This document shows, piece by piece, positions 62,233 to 64,000 of a stretch of DNA of 64,000 bases. Numbering within the stretch: the stretch's first letter is position 1; every line of letters begins with the position of its first letter. The position numbers and the translations under genes are program-made. The stretch lies in the sequence record PV806337.1; one strand, written 5' to 3'. Origin of the DNA: a phage. The notes under the pieces were generated by a model that saw only the letters and a list, made by a program, of their open reading frames with translations, was not told the DNA's origin and made no database searches.

Positions 62233-63990
62233 ATGGGTTTTTTCGCTGGAAAATATAGCGATGGTAAGACCGTACTATCCTTAAATACTGAATCTGGTGG
62301 TGACATTAATCGTCACTATAGTCCAAATAATAATAGTATTTTTCATAGTGATATGCCATTTGTTCTAGTTGATGGTACTTATGAGGTAGGATTAGGTGAT
62401 GCCGGGAATGGGTTTTTCGTATGTCAGATGCCTCCTGATATAGTAAATATTAAATCTAATGATCCTGGTAGAGTTATACTAACTGCTATTGAAATTAACG
62501 GCACTCACAGAGCTTTTCTTAATGGTACTCAGAGTAAGGTTGGTCAAACTATAGTTGCCACTCAAGCAGATCCCTTTAGATCTTTTGCTAGTGTTTCTCA
62601 AACCAGTGGATTTGCCTTTGGTAATAGTCTAGCATCCGGCACTTATAATTATAATCCCTCTCTAGGGCACGAAGAATCTATCTCTAGGAGTGGTACAGGG
62701 GGTACTACGTTACATAGTACCTACCATGGGATAGTTAGGCCCGGTGCGGGAGCTCCTGTAGGTATTACTGTTGCAGAAGCTTTTGCACAATTAGGTTTTC
62801 CTACTAATAGTAGCACAGTACCTATAGATGGCAATAACCCGTACTATTGGGATCCTGGATGGATATCACCTCTAGGAGCAGCGCATAGAGGGCATGATTG
62901 GTTTTATGTCTGCAATTCTAATATACGTGGATATGGTGGGGTTAGGCAAGGGCTCCCAGGTAATGTAAATACTATGTACCACGACGGTGGGAACAGATTT
63001 GTTTGTAGGGGATCTACTACTAATCTGGCCAACCAGTCTGGCAATCCTACGGTAATACAGGACTGGTATAATATAACTCCTACTAAGGTTATTTGGTATG
63101 TTCTTAATTTAAGGTACTCTAATGGTGGAATGAGTATTTCAGGCAACCCCTTTACTGGTTCTGATATTCTTATATCGCCTTCTAACTTCATAATTAAAGG
63201 GGTGAGTCTCCCTAATACCGGATATAAATTTATAAATCAGAATGCTTTTGGTAACCTAGGTTACCGTCCTGATATGGAGTATATAGGAAATAACGCAGCG
63301 TATACCGGGGTTTTTGGTGATACCACGGCAAGATGTGAACTTGTAGGGTCTAGTAATGGAGGGTTGTGGTCTCCTGTAGATTATGGAGGAGCTAAATCTC
63401 AAATTAGTATTTATAGATTCGGAGTAGGTAAACAGTGGTATGTAAACTCTAACGATAATACTATTGGTAATGAGCATGGAGTTGTTTGGGGACCCTCAGC
63501 AGTTCCACTGCGACTTTTTGGTGGAAATGTAGGTAGTTCTTATATGGGAGATGATATTACTCCCAGCTACCCAGGAACGGGTGATAGATACGTTGGTTTA
63601 TCAACTATTGGGCTAGGTATACCAGGCGGAAATGCTACAGTAATTCTTACTACTGAAGTTATATCAGGTAATCTTAATTGTGCGGGTGTTCCAGCTAATA
63701 CATGGAATAATGGTGTGTTTCAAGTGCAAGGAAGAAGAGCATATAGCTATAGCGGCGGGGATGCAATATTCCACCAGATTTTAACGCTACCTGTGGGCTA
63801 TCTAGTACCTTTTCATACTACATCTGCTTTTAGATATACACCTAACAATGCTCTAAGTAGAAACAGTTTTATATACACTGTTAAAAATTTAGGAAATGGA
63901 AATGTAGAGTTAGGAGTAGTTATGCACGTGAGTTTGGGTAGTGCAGTTTTCCTACCTAGATTAAGAGTAACAGTTCAACGCCTTACCTAA
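62233..63990 (+). CDS. oad: receptor-binding tail protein (pb5/Oad-like)
   Basis: ORF track 585 aa; AGGAG RBS; Gly/Asn/Ser/Thr-rich; N-terminus MGFFAGK..IFHSDM, internal KVIWYV.NL and FIIKGV, C-terminal QRLT resemble T5 pb5 as recalled. Confidence 0.65.
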   Translation: MGFFAGKYSDGKTVLSLNTESGGDINRHYSPNNNSIFHSDMPFVLVDGTYEVGLGDAGNGFFVCQMPPDIVNIKSNDPGRVILTAIEINGTHRAFLNGTQSKVGQTIVATQADPFRSFASVSQTSGFAFGNSLASGTYNYNPSLGHEESISRSGTGGTTLHSTYHGIVRPGAGAPVGITVAEAFAQLGFPTNSSTVPIDGNNPYYWDPGWISPLGAAHRGHDWFYVCNSNIRGYGGVRQGLPGNVNTMYHDGGNRFVCRGSTTNLANQSGNPTVIQDWYNITPTKVIWYVLNLRYSNGGMSISGNPFTGSDILISPSNFIIKGVSLPNTGYKFINQNAFGNLGYRPDMEYIGNNAAYTGVFGDTTARCELVGSSNGGLWSPVDYGGAKSQISIYRFGVGKQWYVNSNDNTIGNEHGVVWGPSAVPLRLFGGNVGSSYMGDDITPSYPGTGDRYVGLSTIGLGIPGGNATVILTTEVISGNLNCAGVPANTWNNGVFQVQGRRAYSYSGGDAIFHQILTLPVGYLVPFHTTSAFRYTPNNALSRNSFIYTVKNLGNGNVELGVVMHVSLGSAVFLPRLRVTVQRLT

Positions 63991-64000
63991 AGGAGGAAAT

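Overview
The window reads as a T5-like (Tequintavirus-type) lytic phage segment, oriented opposite to the usual T5 map. All calls are from reading the sequence and the ORF track by eye; no searches or folding programs were run, so tRNA coordinates may be off by a few nt. Layout: (1) 1-8.1 kb, reverse-strand genes: a partial helicase-like ATPase, a Sir2/HAD accessory cassette, anaerobic ribonucleotide reductase NrdD and a zinc-ribbon/T5orf172 gene. (2) 8.3-15.6 kb, forward nucleotide-metabolism operon: PhoH, NrdA, NrdB, DHFR, ThyA, an HNH-AP2 homing endonuclease and RNase H. (3) 15.6-49.9 kb, many small early genes, each preceded by a near-identical T5-type promoter (TTGCTT-17 bp-TATAAT) plus a conserved leader; about 26 tRNA genes (20.9-33.4 kb) interleaved with ORF-free structured segments; a GrcA-like glycyl-radical protein, a candidate spanin pair, dNMP kinase, ClpP-like protease, holin, endolysin and two metallophosphatases. 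(4) 50.0-51.7 kb, a gene-free repeat field resembling the T5 injection-stop-signal region. (5) 51.3-55.4 kb, a GC-richer 3.8 kb block of reverse-strand genes bracketed by ~130 bp imperfect inverted repeats carrying DnaA-box motifs. (6) 55.9-60.9 kb, pre-early genes including A1-, A2- and dmp-like proteins. (7) 61.9-64.0 kb, a divergent Llp-like lipoprotein and pb5-like receptor-binding protein. The observations I would look at first are the inverted-repeat-bracketed block, the ORF-free structured RNA candidates in the tRNA region, the Sir2/HAD cassette, the unannotated spanin candidates and the two Leu-anticodon tRNAs with short variable arms.
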